Program-made: the position numbers and the translations under genes
Assembly (NCBI GenBank): GCA_001179505.1
Contig: CDMY01000206.1
Location: 62,001-126,000 of the forward strand
DNA: 64,000 nt
Reading direction: 5' to 3'
Source of the DNA: Vitrella brassicaformis CCMP3155
Lineage: Eukaryota > Protista > Chromerida
The notes under the pieces: generated by a model
Seen by the model: only the letters and a program-made list of their open reading frames with translations
Database searches by the model: none
Told to the model about the DNA's origin: nothing
Shown here: piece by piece, positions 48,768 through 60,137 of the stretch
Position numbering within the stretch: position 1 is the first letter of the stretch
Layout of the letters: every line of letters begins with the position of its first letter

Positions 48768-51193
48768 ATGGGATCCGCACTCTCGCCGGCCGGCAAGGAC
48801 ACGGAAGAGATGCTGCTGAACGTGGGAGGGACGCCCATGACCTTCCCGCGTGACCGGCTGCTCCGTCGAGGCCTAAGGGATACCTGCTTGGCTGTGCTGC
48901 TGCATCGCTTTGAGGACTGGATGGTCAAAGATGACATCGGCACGCCATTCATCGACGCAGATCCCAAGTTCTTCATTCGGTGAGAGCCACGCCGAGATGA
49001 CAGCTCACAAGCGATACAGCGCAGTCATACGTGGATACTGCTGTGTTTGTGTCAAGGCTGGCCGCCGGCCTGCGTCAGATGTGGAGCAGCTGGGTGAGCT
49101 CAGGACAGGCTTGCGGTGGTGACACTGCATTGGCCTTTTACTACGACCGCTTCATGGCCAAGACGACCCTCCGGATCGAGCCACAGCCCGGCGATAGTGA
49201 GATTGACGCCTTCCGTGCCTTCATGGCCGCAATGGGCCACTTCATCAAGACGTCCTGTGGTGGGACGGGCGGCACTAAGGTGCTCACCATCAACGGACAC
49301 GTCGTGTCGACCACCGACGCCACCCTGGCGGCATTCACAACACTCAACAAGCGGTTCACCGAGTGAGCCTTGCGGGCAGCACACCAATAAGGAGTCAGAA
49401 CAACGAGAGTGTCACCCGTGCTGTTGTTTGTGCAGGTACAGTGGCCCGGTTCTGACCTCTCTCAACCACTTCCACAAGTAAGTCGAGATGTGTGTGAGTC
49501 CAGGGCAAACAAACATAGGTGCCTGGTTTGCTCTCACAACACACATAGGGTGGTGGACTATGCCCGGCGCCGTCGCATCGCCCCTGCCGACGCCGTCATC
49601 GAGTTGCCCACGTGTGAGGATGGCGACGTTGAGCTGTCGCTCGCGGTTGAGATGTACGGCCTGCTGGACGACGGCTGTCCCAACATACTCTCTGCCGACA
49701 CCATGAGCACACTGCTCAGCATGACCGGCAAAATGCACGCGCTATGCCTCTTCAAGTGAGCAATGGATCGCGGACATGGCAAAAGGGAAATTGTACCACA
49801 CGGGTATGATGTTTTTTTGTCCGTCAGGAGCTCAATCCACGGCTGTGAGTTCGAGACGTTGCTTGCGCGAGCGGCCGGTGCGTATGGCCTGCTGTTCGTC
49901 ATCGAGGATGAGCACCACCACACGCTCGCGTGCCACATGGACGGCCCCTTTATCCCCCCCGCTGACCCCACATCAGCACTGACCACCGGCTGCCCCGTCA
50001 CCTTCTTTTCCATCAGCGGCCCATTCTTGGAGGGCATCACCAAAATCAACATACCCCACAATTGGCAGTGTGTGGACGTCGCCGGCACCGAGGGGGCGGT
50101 AAAGACCGACAAGGGTGCGTCATGCGGCAAGGTCGCCATCAGTGGCGGCCGCCTGTGGCTGGGTCACAAGGATGGGCGGCCGAATAGCGACCTTCGGCAC
50201 TGCCAGCAGTGGCTGCGGAGGGATGATCTGCCCGACGGCGGCGAGACGTACATGGGCAGCTACGACGAGGCGGGATCGGCCACACTAGCTGCCACCTATT
50301 ACTTCACCGCCACGCGACTGGAAGTGTACCAGGTCAGCCACACATGGCCATGAAGCGTCGATTCCATGGATACCTCATGACTCTCCATTGTGTTGCTGAT
50401 GTGGTGCGTGTCAGGTGTGGAGCACTCGTCCGGCTGACCCCATCCTCTCCGCTGACGACCTGCAGGCCCTCGTCGACATGGCGACCGACACACCGATGAC
50501 CGCACAGCTCCTCTATAAGTGAGTGAAGTGCCAAAGGAGGGGCCATTGCTGATGTTCAAGAGCACTCCCGCTCTCTTGCCTCTTTGTGTGTGTAAGGGGC
50601 GAGCGTGACGGCTGGACCTATGAGGCCCTCTTCGCCAAGGTGGGCGGTGCGGTCAATCTGCTGCTGCTCTTCAAGGACACCGGCGCCCACACCTTCGCCA
50701 GCCACATCAAGGGGCAGCTCAAGCCGCCATCCGACCCCACGGCAGTCGAGACGACACCCTGCCCCGTCACCTTCTACTCCATCAGTGGCGCATTTGAGCC
50801 GCAGGGCATCACCAAGATCACCGTGCCCTACAACAGGCAGCGCGTGCAGGTCGCCGGCATTGAGGGGGCGGTGACGGGAACGAAGGACATTGCCGGCAAG
50901 GTGGCCATCGCTGGCGGCCGCTTGTGGTTGGGGTACCAGTCCGTCAAGGGTGGTCCGGCTGGCGACCTTCGCAGCGGGTGTCAGTGGGTGCTGAAGGATG
51001 AGCTGCCCGACGGCGGCAGGACATATCTCGGCGGCTTCGACAGTCATGGATGGGCCACCCTTGCTGCCAGTCATCTGTTCACGTGTGCCGATCTGGAGAT
51101 CTATACACTGCAGCAGGTCAGAGAAGGAGTGGAGAGTGGAGGGGGCACAGCACAGCACGGCACATATCGTGTTTCGCTTCTGTTCAGGCGTAA
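48768..51193 (+). CDS. BTB/POZ (KCTD-type) + two tandem TLDc-like domains; multi-exon
   Basis: EMLLNVGGTPMTF..CLAVLLHRFEDWMVKDDIGTPFIDADPKFF (BTB); LLYK|GERDGWTYEALFAKVGGAVNLLLLFKDTGAHTFASHI (TLDc); both TLDc copies end ..ATLAA.Y/HxFT...LEV/IY. Confidence 0.8.
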
Positions 51194-51718
51194 CAGATGC
51201 TGCTGTTTTATCGAGCTGTGACACTCTTTTATCGATCTTCATGTATATACAGCCTCTATATATACAGTCTCATGTATTTGTCTGGCTACCCGCATGGCTT
51301 GCCTGCGATTGCAAGCCGGCACATCATGCATTTGAGATGCATTGCGTGTGTCTGTCGCGGTCAAGCGGCTTTTGGTGTCCGAACATGCGGTGACAACGGG
51401 ACTCTGTAGCCTTTCCATTGGCTCAATTTGCATTGGCCCGATTTGAGAATGATACTGCGATCGGTCTTTGCGTACACGACGTCGACATGCAGAGAGACAC
51501 GGAAACACACACGAAGGGGCATGTCTCTCAGACGACACTGGCATGGGCAAAGGGGGCAGGGATGTGCCTGTCTGTTGGTCACTCATCATCGCCATTCTTC
51601 ATCCAGTGAAAATAACGGCACCCACCCACATGAAGCGGCCTGCCTCTCTCTGCAGAGTGAGTCTGCTCCACCAACCCACACACGTACACCGACACACAGG
51701 GAGAGACACGACACTCAC

Positions 51719-54700
51719 TCAGGCAGCCGCAGCCTCTTTCGTGGCCTTGTCTCCCTTGCTGTCCTTGCTGCCCTTGGTGGCCTTGCTGCCTGCCTGCCTC
51801 TTGTGCTTCTTGTTGGAGTGTGTGTTGGGTCGCAGCACGATGGTCTTGCCCTCGCCATGCGACACAGTGAACCTCTTCTGGCCTGCCTCGCGAAACACAC
51901 CCACCAGACCGAACTTGGGCTTGGGCGAAAAGGGCGACACCACAATGCCCTTCAGCTTAGGAAAACTCGCAAAGGCCGCAGCGGCCGCCTCAGCCAACGA
52001 GCGGAACATGGCCTTGGCCTCATTCTCACTCAAACGCATCTCTTTGTAGCGGATGCTCATGTCGACCTCGAGAGCAGCCAGACGGCCCGCTAGCACTTGC
52101 CTGCCTGCCTCACCCTCACCACCGTACAACTGCCACTGCACTGAGTGATGCACTTGACCTGGCTGCCCACCGAACATGGGATAGAGGGAGACGGTGGCCT
52201 TGATGGTCACGGCGAGGTCGCTGCCGGCAGCTGGCAAAAACGCACAGCCGGCAGGCACGAGACACAGCGTAGCATCGGGGTCGGCACGGGCAGAGAGCTC
52301 AAACTGCAAATGGTCGGCCGACGTGAGACCCGACAGCACATCACCCACACCATGCTCGTAGAATGCAGCATCACGCCCCCCATCATTCAACACGACAGAC
52401 TCGACATTCGGGAACATCGACCCGCTGTTCTGACGGATGTAGGCAGGCAGATCGGACACCTGCACGTAACCGCCCGACTCGACAGTGAGCAAACGAGCAG
52501 ATGAGAAGACGACCGAGCCGAGCTGGGGGGTGCTCTTGGCATAGTTGCCCTGGTTGCCGTTGGCCTGCAGGGTCGCGTGCTTGGCCTGCTGGCAGCAGAT
52601 CTTGAGGGTGTCGATGGCGGCTGTGAGTGTGTCGGTGCTGCCAGTGAAAGGCAGGCGCACTCTCAGTCCCTCGGGAGGGCCGCGGTCGGGGCAGTGCTTG
52701 TAGGTCTCGCTCGCGCCGTCGGCCAAACACGAAATGCGAAACGAATGCAACTTCTGAAGCAACGACACACACGCACAGGAGACACAATGACCATGGTTTC
52801 GGTGTCTTGTGCCAAGGGTATGCTCTCACCTGGATGGTGTCTGCTGATCTGATTTCGGGCAGGGAGAGCTGCACCTTGCGCAGGCGGCTTTTGTTGGGGG
52901 CGATGGGGCCGGTGAAGAGGTCCTTGAATTGCTCGACGGAAGATCTGTTGTCGTACCAGCCGTGGTAGTACTGCTCCTGATTCTTGATGGTGATGCGGCC
53001 GGTCAGACTCCTCAGACTCTTGGCTGATGGAGACGGAATGAAACGGAGAAGGGCCGATATGGGTGCTTTCCTGTGTATGACCCACCTGTCTTGGTGTTTT
53101 GGATGCTTTTCTTGATCTGGTCGAGGCGCACCATGTGGTCACAGTTGGGGTCGTCTTGCGAGACAATGTGAGAAACCGACACCACAAACAATCCATCGAT
53201 ATGACACGACATGCCCCTGCCTTGCCCCCGGTGTTTGTTCTCTTCTGCTCCCTCGTTCGCTCACCGGATCGTACATGAGGTGGAGCGACGACAGGCCAGG
53301 AGAGGCCTCGTTGTCCACCCAGCCCATACCTTTGAAGCCTCTGCGGACGTACAGGATGTCCACACTCGCCACGCTCAGATGCCGCAGGGCCGGCAGCTCA
53401 TACGCGCGCTCGCTCGTGGCGTTGGCCCACACGGTGTTGACGGCGGCCCGTGTCAGCTCGAGGAACTTGAGTGGCTTGTATCTGCGGTCCAGGTCGGCCT
53501 CCTTGATGTCCCTCCAGCGCGCCGCGTACTCGTTCCGCCGTCGGTACCGCCTCTTGCTGCGCTTGGTGTGGCCGTGCAGCTCCACGGCCTCGATCGTGCG
53601 GGCGAATCGCTCGAGGAGACCGACGAGGGTGGGAGTCGGTGGGTGGTGCACGTCAGCTCGCGACACTCAGACAAACGACCTGCACACACATACAAACACG
53701 GAATGACACACGGGGTGGCTCTGCAGCTGTGTGTGTAGTCTTGGTGTAGCCGACCAGGCAGTCTCTTAGCGATGTGCTCGGGAGGGTCGCTGTGTATGTC
53801 CAGTATGGGGTGCACGCGGGCCTGTTGGCTGAGGGTGTGGAAGTGGGTGCAGACGGGGGCGAGCGAGGTCATGAAGGTGTGGAAGCCGAGGTAGGCGCCG
53901 AGCCCCATGCCCTCCTCGGTCGTCATCCACAGCGCCTCAGGCAACTCCTCCAAAGCAGAACGCAACTGACGGCACATCACACACATACACAGACAGGGGA
54001 AATGGAAAACAGTGAATGGTGTGGACACCATCTCCCTCCCCTGCCCCTCTCTCTCCGTGTGCCTGTGGTGTGGTGGGACTGACCTCCTCTTTGTCCAGAT
54101 TGTTCATTGTGTGTTGCAGATCGTCGAGTTTCTTGATACATGCTTCCATCTGCTCGGCCGCCGTCTCGTCGGCGTTGCGCACCTGCATCTTGGCGTCCTT
54201 CATCACCATCGCCTTCCACACGCAGAAGTGACGCTCGACCTCCTGCAACATACCGCACAGGCAGGCCAGGAAGGCACACCCATGGATCTGTGTGGTGCGT
54301 TCGATGTGCGTGTGTGTGTGTGTGTGTGTCGTTTTTTGCCCACGCACCTGTATGCGATTCTGTTTGGTCTGTGTGTCGGGTTCGGGAATGGCCATCTTAA
54401 CATCCAACACTTGCTCAGCCTGAACGAAAGAAGGAAACAAAGAAAGAAAGAAACAAACAAACAAAGAAAGAAAGAAACAAACATAGCCATCTGCTCTCTC
54501 ATCTCTCCCCGCCTCTCTTGCTTTTGACTGCACCCACGTGTGTACCTTTGCTTTGGCTTCGTTCATCATGTTGAGTTGCGCCTTTAGCTTGTAAGCCACC
54601 CTGGACAGAGCCTTCAACGCATCCTCGGGACCGGCCTCAAACTCATCCTGCACACACACATGGGTGGTGGAATACAACACACACGTGAAATACGTCCATC

Positions 54701-55050
54701 TCGCTCCTTCCCACACCTCTCCCTCTGTGTGTGGTCACACATACCTTCATGTCCACGTCAGGTGTCAGTGCCTTAGTCTTCTTGGCCCGCTTCACGCCCT
54801 TCTTGTCCATCTCGTCCTCCCCTCCCTTGCCCTTGACGGTCTTGTTGCCAACGCGGCGCGCCTTGCGCTTGTTCTTGGCGCCCCGCACACGTCGACCCTT
54901 CTCCCAGTCGCTGCAGTCACTGCTGCTCTCACACGGCGCCATCGGCTCATCCACTGCCTTGCGCTTCATCTGCACAGCAGCCGCAGCAGATGCAGCGGCC
55001 TGAATGGCGGCCTGGCGCTTCGGGCGGGCAGGACGGGCGTCGGTCTGCAT
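51719..55050 (-). CDS. Lineage-specific F-box-like protein, paralog A (basic N-terminus, coiled coil, F-box-like motif, LRR-like C-terminus); about 9-10 exons
   Basis: MQTDARPARPKR..DMK|DEFEAGPEDALKAL..|AEQV..RIQ|EVERHF..|LRSALEELPEALWMTTEEGMGLGAYLGF..LAPVCTHFHTL..|..AKSLRSLTGRI..|KLHSFRISCLA..; colinear with paralog B. Confidence 0.7.
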
Positions 55051-55137
55051 CAGGGGCGGGACGAAAAAGAGGATGAGAGCTCAGCAGCCTCGAAAGAGAG
55101 AACGGAAAAAAGGGAGCGATGGATGTACAGTCCGGAC

Positions 55138-55214
55138 CGCGTAAGTGGGTCAGTACAGGACTGACCCACTTACGCGTTTGACCCGCTTATACGTACTACA
55201 GAGCTGACCCACTT
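55138..55214. repeat. 17-bp perfect inverted repeat with 5-nt loop (CGCGTAAGTGGGTCAGT-acagg-ACTGACCCACTTACGCG) plus two further TGACCCRCTT copies
   Basis: Arms at 55138-55154 and 55160-55176; extra copies at 55179-55188 and 55205-55214. Confidence 0.9.
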
Positions 55215-55375
55215 GTTTTCCAGCGACTTTTGGAGTGATATCTCGCTGTGAATGAATCACAGGAGCCTCTCAGAAGCCCATTGACTCTTTTTTTCTCGCT
55301 CAAAGTCACTCAAAACGACGAAAAACCATCGGTTCTCTCATTCATTCAATCAGACCTTGGATGGCTGCGAGAGCC

Positions 55376-55675
55376 NNNNNNNNNNNNNNNNNNNNNNNNN
55401 NNNNNNNNNNNNNNNNNNNNNNNNNNNNNNNNNNNNNNNNNNNNNNNNNNNNNNNNNNNNNNNNNNNNNNNNNNNNNNNNNNNNNNNNNNNNNNNNNNNN
55501 NNNNNNNNNNNNNNNNNNNNNNNNNNNNNNNNNNNNNNNNNNNNNNNNNNNNNNNNNNNNNNNNNNNNNNNNNNNNNNNNNNNNNNNNNNNNNNNNNNNN
55601 NNNNNNNNNNNNNNNNNNNNNNNNNNNNNNNNNNNNNNNNNNNNNNNNNNNNNNNNNNNNNNNNNNNNNNNNNNN
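55376..55675. other. Scaffold gap (300 N)
   Basis: Read directly. Confidence 0.97.
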
Positions 55676-56145
55676 GTCAGTGCCTTAGTCTTCTTGGCCC
55701 GCTTCACGCCCTTCTTGTCCATCTCGTCCTCCCCTCCCTTGCCCTTGACGGTCTTGTTGCCAACGCGGCGCGCCTTGCGCTTGTTCTTGGCGCCCCGCAC
55801 ACGTCGACCCTTCTCCCAGTCGCTGCAGTCACTGCTGCTCTCACACGGCGCCATCGGCTCATCCACTGCCTTGCGCTTCATCTGCACAGCAGCCGCAGCA
55901 GATGCAGCGGCCTGAATGGCGGCCTGGCGCTTCGGGCGGGCAGGACGGGCGTCGGTCTCCATCAGGGGCGGGGCGAAAGAGAGAAGGAGAGCTCAGCAGC
56001 CGCGAAAGAGAGTTCAGCCACAAAGAGGAGTTAGCGATGGATGTAAATGACCGGATCCTGGCCGCGTCAGATCTTTGTTAGGAGGTGGTTTCTTCCGCCG
56101 TGCCTTGCGCTCGGCAGATCTGCCACCCGCTCCCTTCCTCTCAGC

Positions 56146-59100
56146 ATGGATGCAGGTGAGGGTGAGGACGACCATCGCATGACGGCCCGGCAGCTGGCCT
56201 TGCTTAAGGCCGCCGGTGGGCAGAAACGCAAACCCATCATGGACGTCGACACCAGCAGTAGTGACGCGGAAGGCTCGGAGTATGGCAAGGGAGGGCGGCA
56301 CAGAAAGGCCGGCAAGAAGAGGCAGCTGGGGGATAGGAAGGGTAAGGGTAAGGGCGATAGGAAGGGCCGCGGGAGGGATAAGATGGAGGTGTCGGACGAC
56401 GAGGAGGATATCGAGGTGAGGACTGAGGGATGCAGATGGCTGCTGATGGGTGGTGGGTGCATTTCCGTGTGTTTTGTGGTTTGGCTTCGTTACTTTATGC
56501 AGGATGTAGTTGAGGTTGGTCATGCTGATGCGTTGAAGGCCCTGAAGAAGATGACCATGAAGCTCGAAGGGCAGCTCAAGCAGGCCAAACAGGCCGAAAA
56601 ACAGGTTCTTCGTGGAACAGAGAGGCTGGCGGAATGGAGATGGGAGTACTTGACTTTGTGATGCGTTTGCTGCGTGTGCGTGTATTGATGCCATCAGGCT
56701 CGTGAGGTGTATGAGTTGAGGAGGGCCGCCCCTGATGCCGAATCGCTCGAACACCAACACCGCATCCAGGTGAGCGAGTGGGTCAGGGCCAATACCATAC
56801 ACACGCCGACCGACATCAATACACACAGCCTCTCCTTGTATGTGTGTGGTGTCGTTCAGGAGGTGGATCGTCAGATTCGCGTGTGGTCGAGCATGGTGTG
56901 TGCAGACGCCAACACGCAGATCAGCCACATGGACAAGGTCGCTACCAGGCAGATGAAGGAGAACCTCCGCAAACTCGACGCCATCCGACACAGACTCAAC
57001 GAAATGGACCAAGACGACACCGAGCAGGTCAACCCAACACAACCCGAGACAGCACAAAGAGAGGAAGGCAATCCACCTCCGTTCCTTTCCTCTGATGTGT
57101 CAGGTCACATCGCCGCTTGAGGGTCTGCCTGAGGCCCTGTGGATGGCCGACGGTGTGGGGATGGGCGCCATGCTGGGCTTCGTGTCGTATCTGGAGTCGC
57201 TGGCGGGCGTCAACACCTTCTTCCACCACCTCACCCAGTCAAGCGGCATGCACCCCATCGCCGAGTTGGAGGACTCACCCAAAATGAAAATCGCTAAGAA
57301 ATGGACGGCCGGTGAGGAGAGCGGGAAGCCGACACCTTTGTGTGTGCGACGACGTGTGGTGACGTGTGGTGTGTGTGTTGTGATCAGGTCCGTTGTCCGA
57401 GTGTGTTGACGTGCGCATCTACCACCGGCCCACCAAGTCGCTGGTGTACCTGCTGGAGCGCCTCTCGGCCACCGTCGAGAGTGTGGACCTGCAGTGCCAG
57501 TACGAGCACCCCATCTACAGAAACGGCCAGCGTGCGCCAGAGAGACAGGTGCAGTACAACGTGGAGCGAGACATGCGTAAGAGGAAGGGCGACTTCCAGA
57601 AGGTCGACCTGCCACAGAACAAGGTGGGGGCGCTGCCAAGACACACAGGCTTTCTTCCACTCATCATTGCTATGTCTCCCTCTTGTGTGTCCGGTAGGAG
57701 CCGATTGTGTTTGAGCGTGTGGAGTCAGCCAGCGCTGGCAATGTGTGGCTGAAGGTGGCCGAGGACCGCATGTACCAGATGCCGCACCTGCAGGGCCTCA
57801 GTGTGGTGGACGTCACCATGGCTGGGGCTCATCGGTGGATCCGCGAGGCTGACGGGGGCATCAAATCGCTGCACATCATCTGCGACAAGGTGAGGAGGCC
57901 ACTCGGAGAGGGAAAGGGGATACATAGCTGCATGAACGACTGATCTCATATTGCTACTTTGCCTCCAGGAGGATCCGAATTGCCGAGGGGCCGCTGCGAG
58001 TCTCAGCCAAGTAGCAAACGCCGTCGCCGGCACGCCATCAGGTAATGAAAGACACCACACAAGGGCGGCAGCGTCGCTATGCATTCCTCTGTCCCCCGTA
58101 TGTATGTATGTATGTATCAGCCAAGAGCCTCACGTCGCTGACTGGCCGCATCGAGTACTCCGGAAACCCGCACACAAACAATAGCTTCATCGATGTGGTG
58201 GGGGTGGCTGAGGACGAGGGCGGCCCGCTTGGCTTCATCGGCAACATCGTCGGCAACCTGATCGGCACGAAGCGGGACAAGGCAGGCCCCCTGGAGGAGA
58301 TCGAGATGGCCATCGGGGAGATCCGAGACACACACAAGATACAGGTGGGAAAAGAACACAGCACCTTCTGCATCCATGGCTATCCCATCGACCCTTCCGT
58401 CTGCGTGTCGCCTGCACCAGAATCTGCATCGTTTTCGCACCAAGTGCCTGGCCCCTGACGCCCGTGAGGACTACTTCAACCGCATCGAGGAGGGCGAGCT
58501 GCAGGGCGGCCCCACCGTCCATCTGCCCTTCAGATGCAACAAGAAGGCCCTCACCGACTCCGTCTCGACGGTGGAGGTGTGCTGCCAGGAGGCCGAGAAG
58601 GTGACCCTCGACAGCCGTGCGTCTGCCGACACCATCGATGAGGCCCCCGGGCTGGAATCGCTGGTGTGTGAGCATGCCCACGAGCTCACCATCACACCTG
58701 CGGGCGGCACCCAGCAGCTGCCATCCTACATCACACACGACCCCACATCGCTCTTCCCGAGCGTGTCGTCTGTCGTGGTTGAGCAGAGAGGGGAGGGCAG
58801 GAGTGTGTATGATGGTGGGGCGGGTGATGTACTGCATGCCCTCTCCCCCCACCTAGAGAAGGTGCGTTTTGAGTTGTCTGCCCGTCCGAACCCTCTCGCC
58901 ACGTGCACACTGCTGCCTGATTCCCTGGGGTCTGTCGCGGATGAAGGTGGAGAGTTAGCAGTCCAGTTGAAGTACAATGTCGACCGTCTCAATCACAATG
59001 CAGAGGGCAACTATGTATGGTACCAAAACGTGTCTATGGAGTGGAAGTTATGCAGAGAGAGAGATGCAGTGAGGCAGGTGATGGAGAATGGCCGTGTCTC

Positions 59101-59428
59101 CTCACTCGAAGTGCAGATCAGCATCAATGAGTGGTTCCATGCCCGCGACCTGCGCACGTTTTTTGCTTCATTCGCTGAGTGTGTGGTAGTGGCGTTTTCA
59201 GCCTTTCCCGCACTCAAAAGTGTCGTGCTGTCTGTCCAGTACAAGCCCGGATATCTGGCTACTATGTTGAGGCAGGGGGCTAAGAAGAGGTGTCGCGTGA
59301 CAGAGAGGGCTGACGGGACGATAGTGCTGCGGCCCAGCCAGGCCAGACAGAGAGCTAAGAAGGAGGAGGGAGAGGGAGAGGGAGAGGGAGAGGACGAGAC
59401 AGACACCATCATCAAGAAAGAGGAGTAG
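56146..59428 (+). CDS. Lineage-specific F-box-like protein, paralog B, divergently transcribed from paralog A
   Basis: MDAGEGEDD..DIE|DVVEVGHADALKAL..|AREV..RIQ|EVDRQI..|VTSPLEGLPEALWMADGVGMGAMLGF..LAGVNTFFHHL..|EDPNC..|AKSLTSLTGRI..KIQ|NLHRFRTKCLA..IIKKEE*. Confidence 0.72.
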
Positions 59429-60137
59429 ACACACACACAATACACTCAATACATTGCATTACACCACTGTCTCAAGGGGAGGGAATTGGGGTGGGAGGCG
59501 CTGTACAGTCGTGCATCGATGGATCCATACATGTGTGTGCGGGGGGTGGATTGGCTTGTCGGCTCACGGATGGCGTGGAAGGCCTGCCTGCCTGCCTGGG
59601 TGTGGGATCACTACGTGCGAGTGCTACCACTACTAGCCTCTCGATGACACATGTGGCCCTCACTCCTTGCGGCCCTTCCTGCCAGCCCTGACAGCCATCT
59701 CATGTGTGTGAATGTGTGTGTGAATGGATGGATGGATGGATGGAATGCCTGTTGGACCGTCCACGTGAGAGACACTGACTTGACCGGGCAAATGCTTGTG
59801 GGTGGGTCAAACAACACACTCGTGTCTCCGTCTGTCTGTCTGTTCGTCTCACAAATGCACTCGGTCCTTCAACCAGCCACTGTACAATCGATCGTTATGC
59901 AGTACACCCACCCCCTCCCTCCCACGCACACACCATGGGGGCGGTCGGCCCTCTCTCTACCGACTAGTACTACACACACATCGCCACGGATTGCCATGCC
60001 AGCCACGTCGACCAAACGATCTCCATGATCATCCACTCTCATCGTCCATTAGTTTCCGTCGCCCACCATCAACCAATCTGTCAGTCTGCCTGTCTGTCTG
60101 TCCTCTTTGTGTTCAGCGGCTGCGTGTCAAAGTGCAA

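Larger units (their letters stand above)
54764..55972. repeat. Near-identical duplication of about 297 bp (54764-55060 and 55676-55972) of exon 1 of paralog A, on either side of an N gap
   Basis: Offset 912 nt; the only coding difference I see is codon 2 (CAG versus GAG); the upstream flanks are homologous but diverged. Confidence 0.9.
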
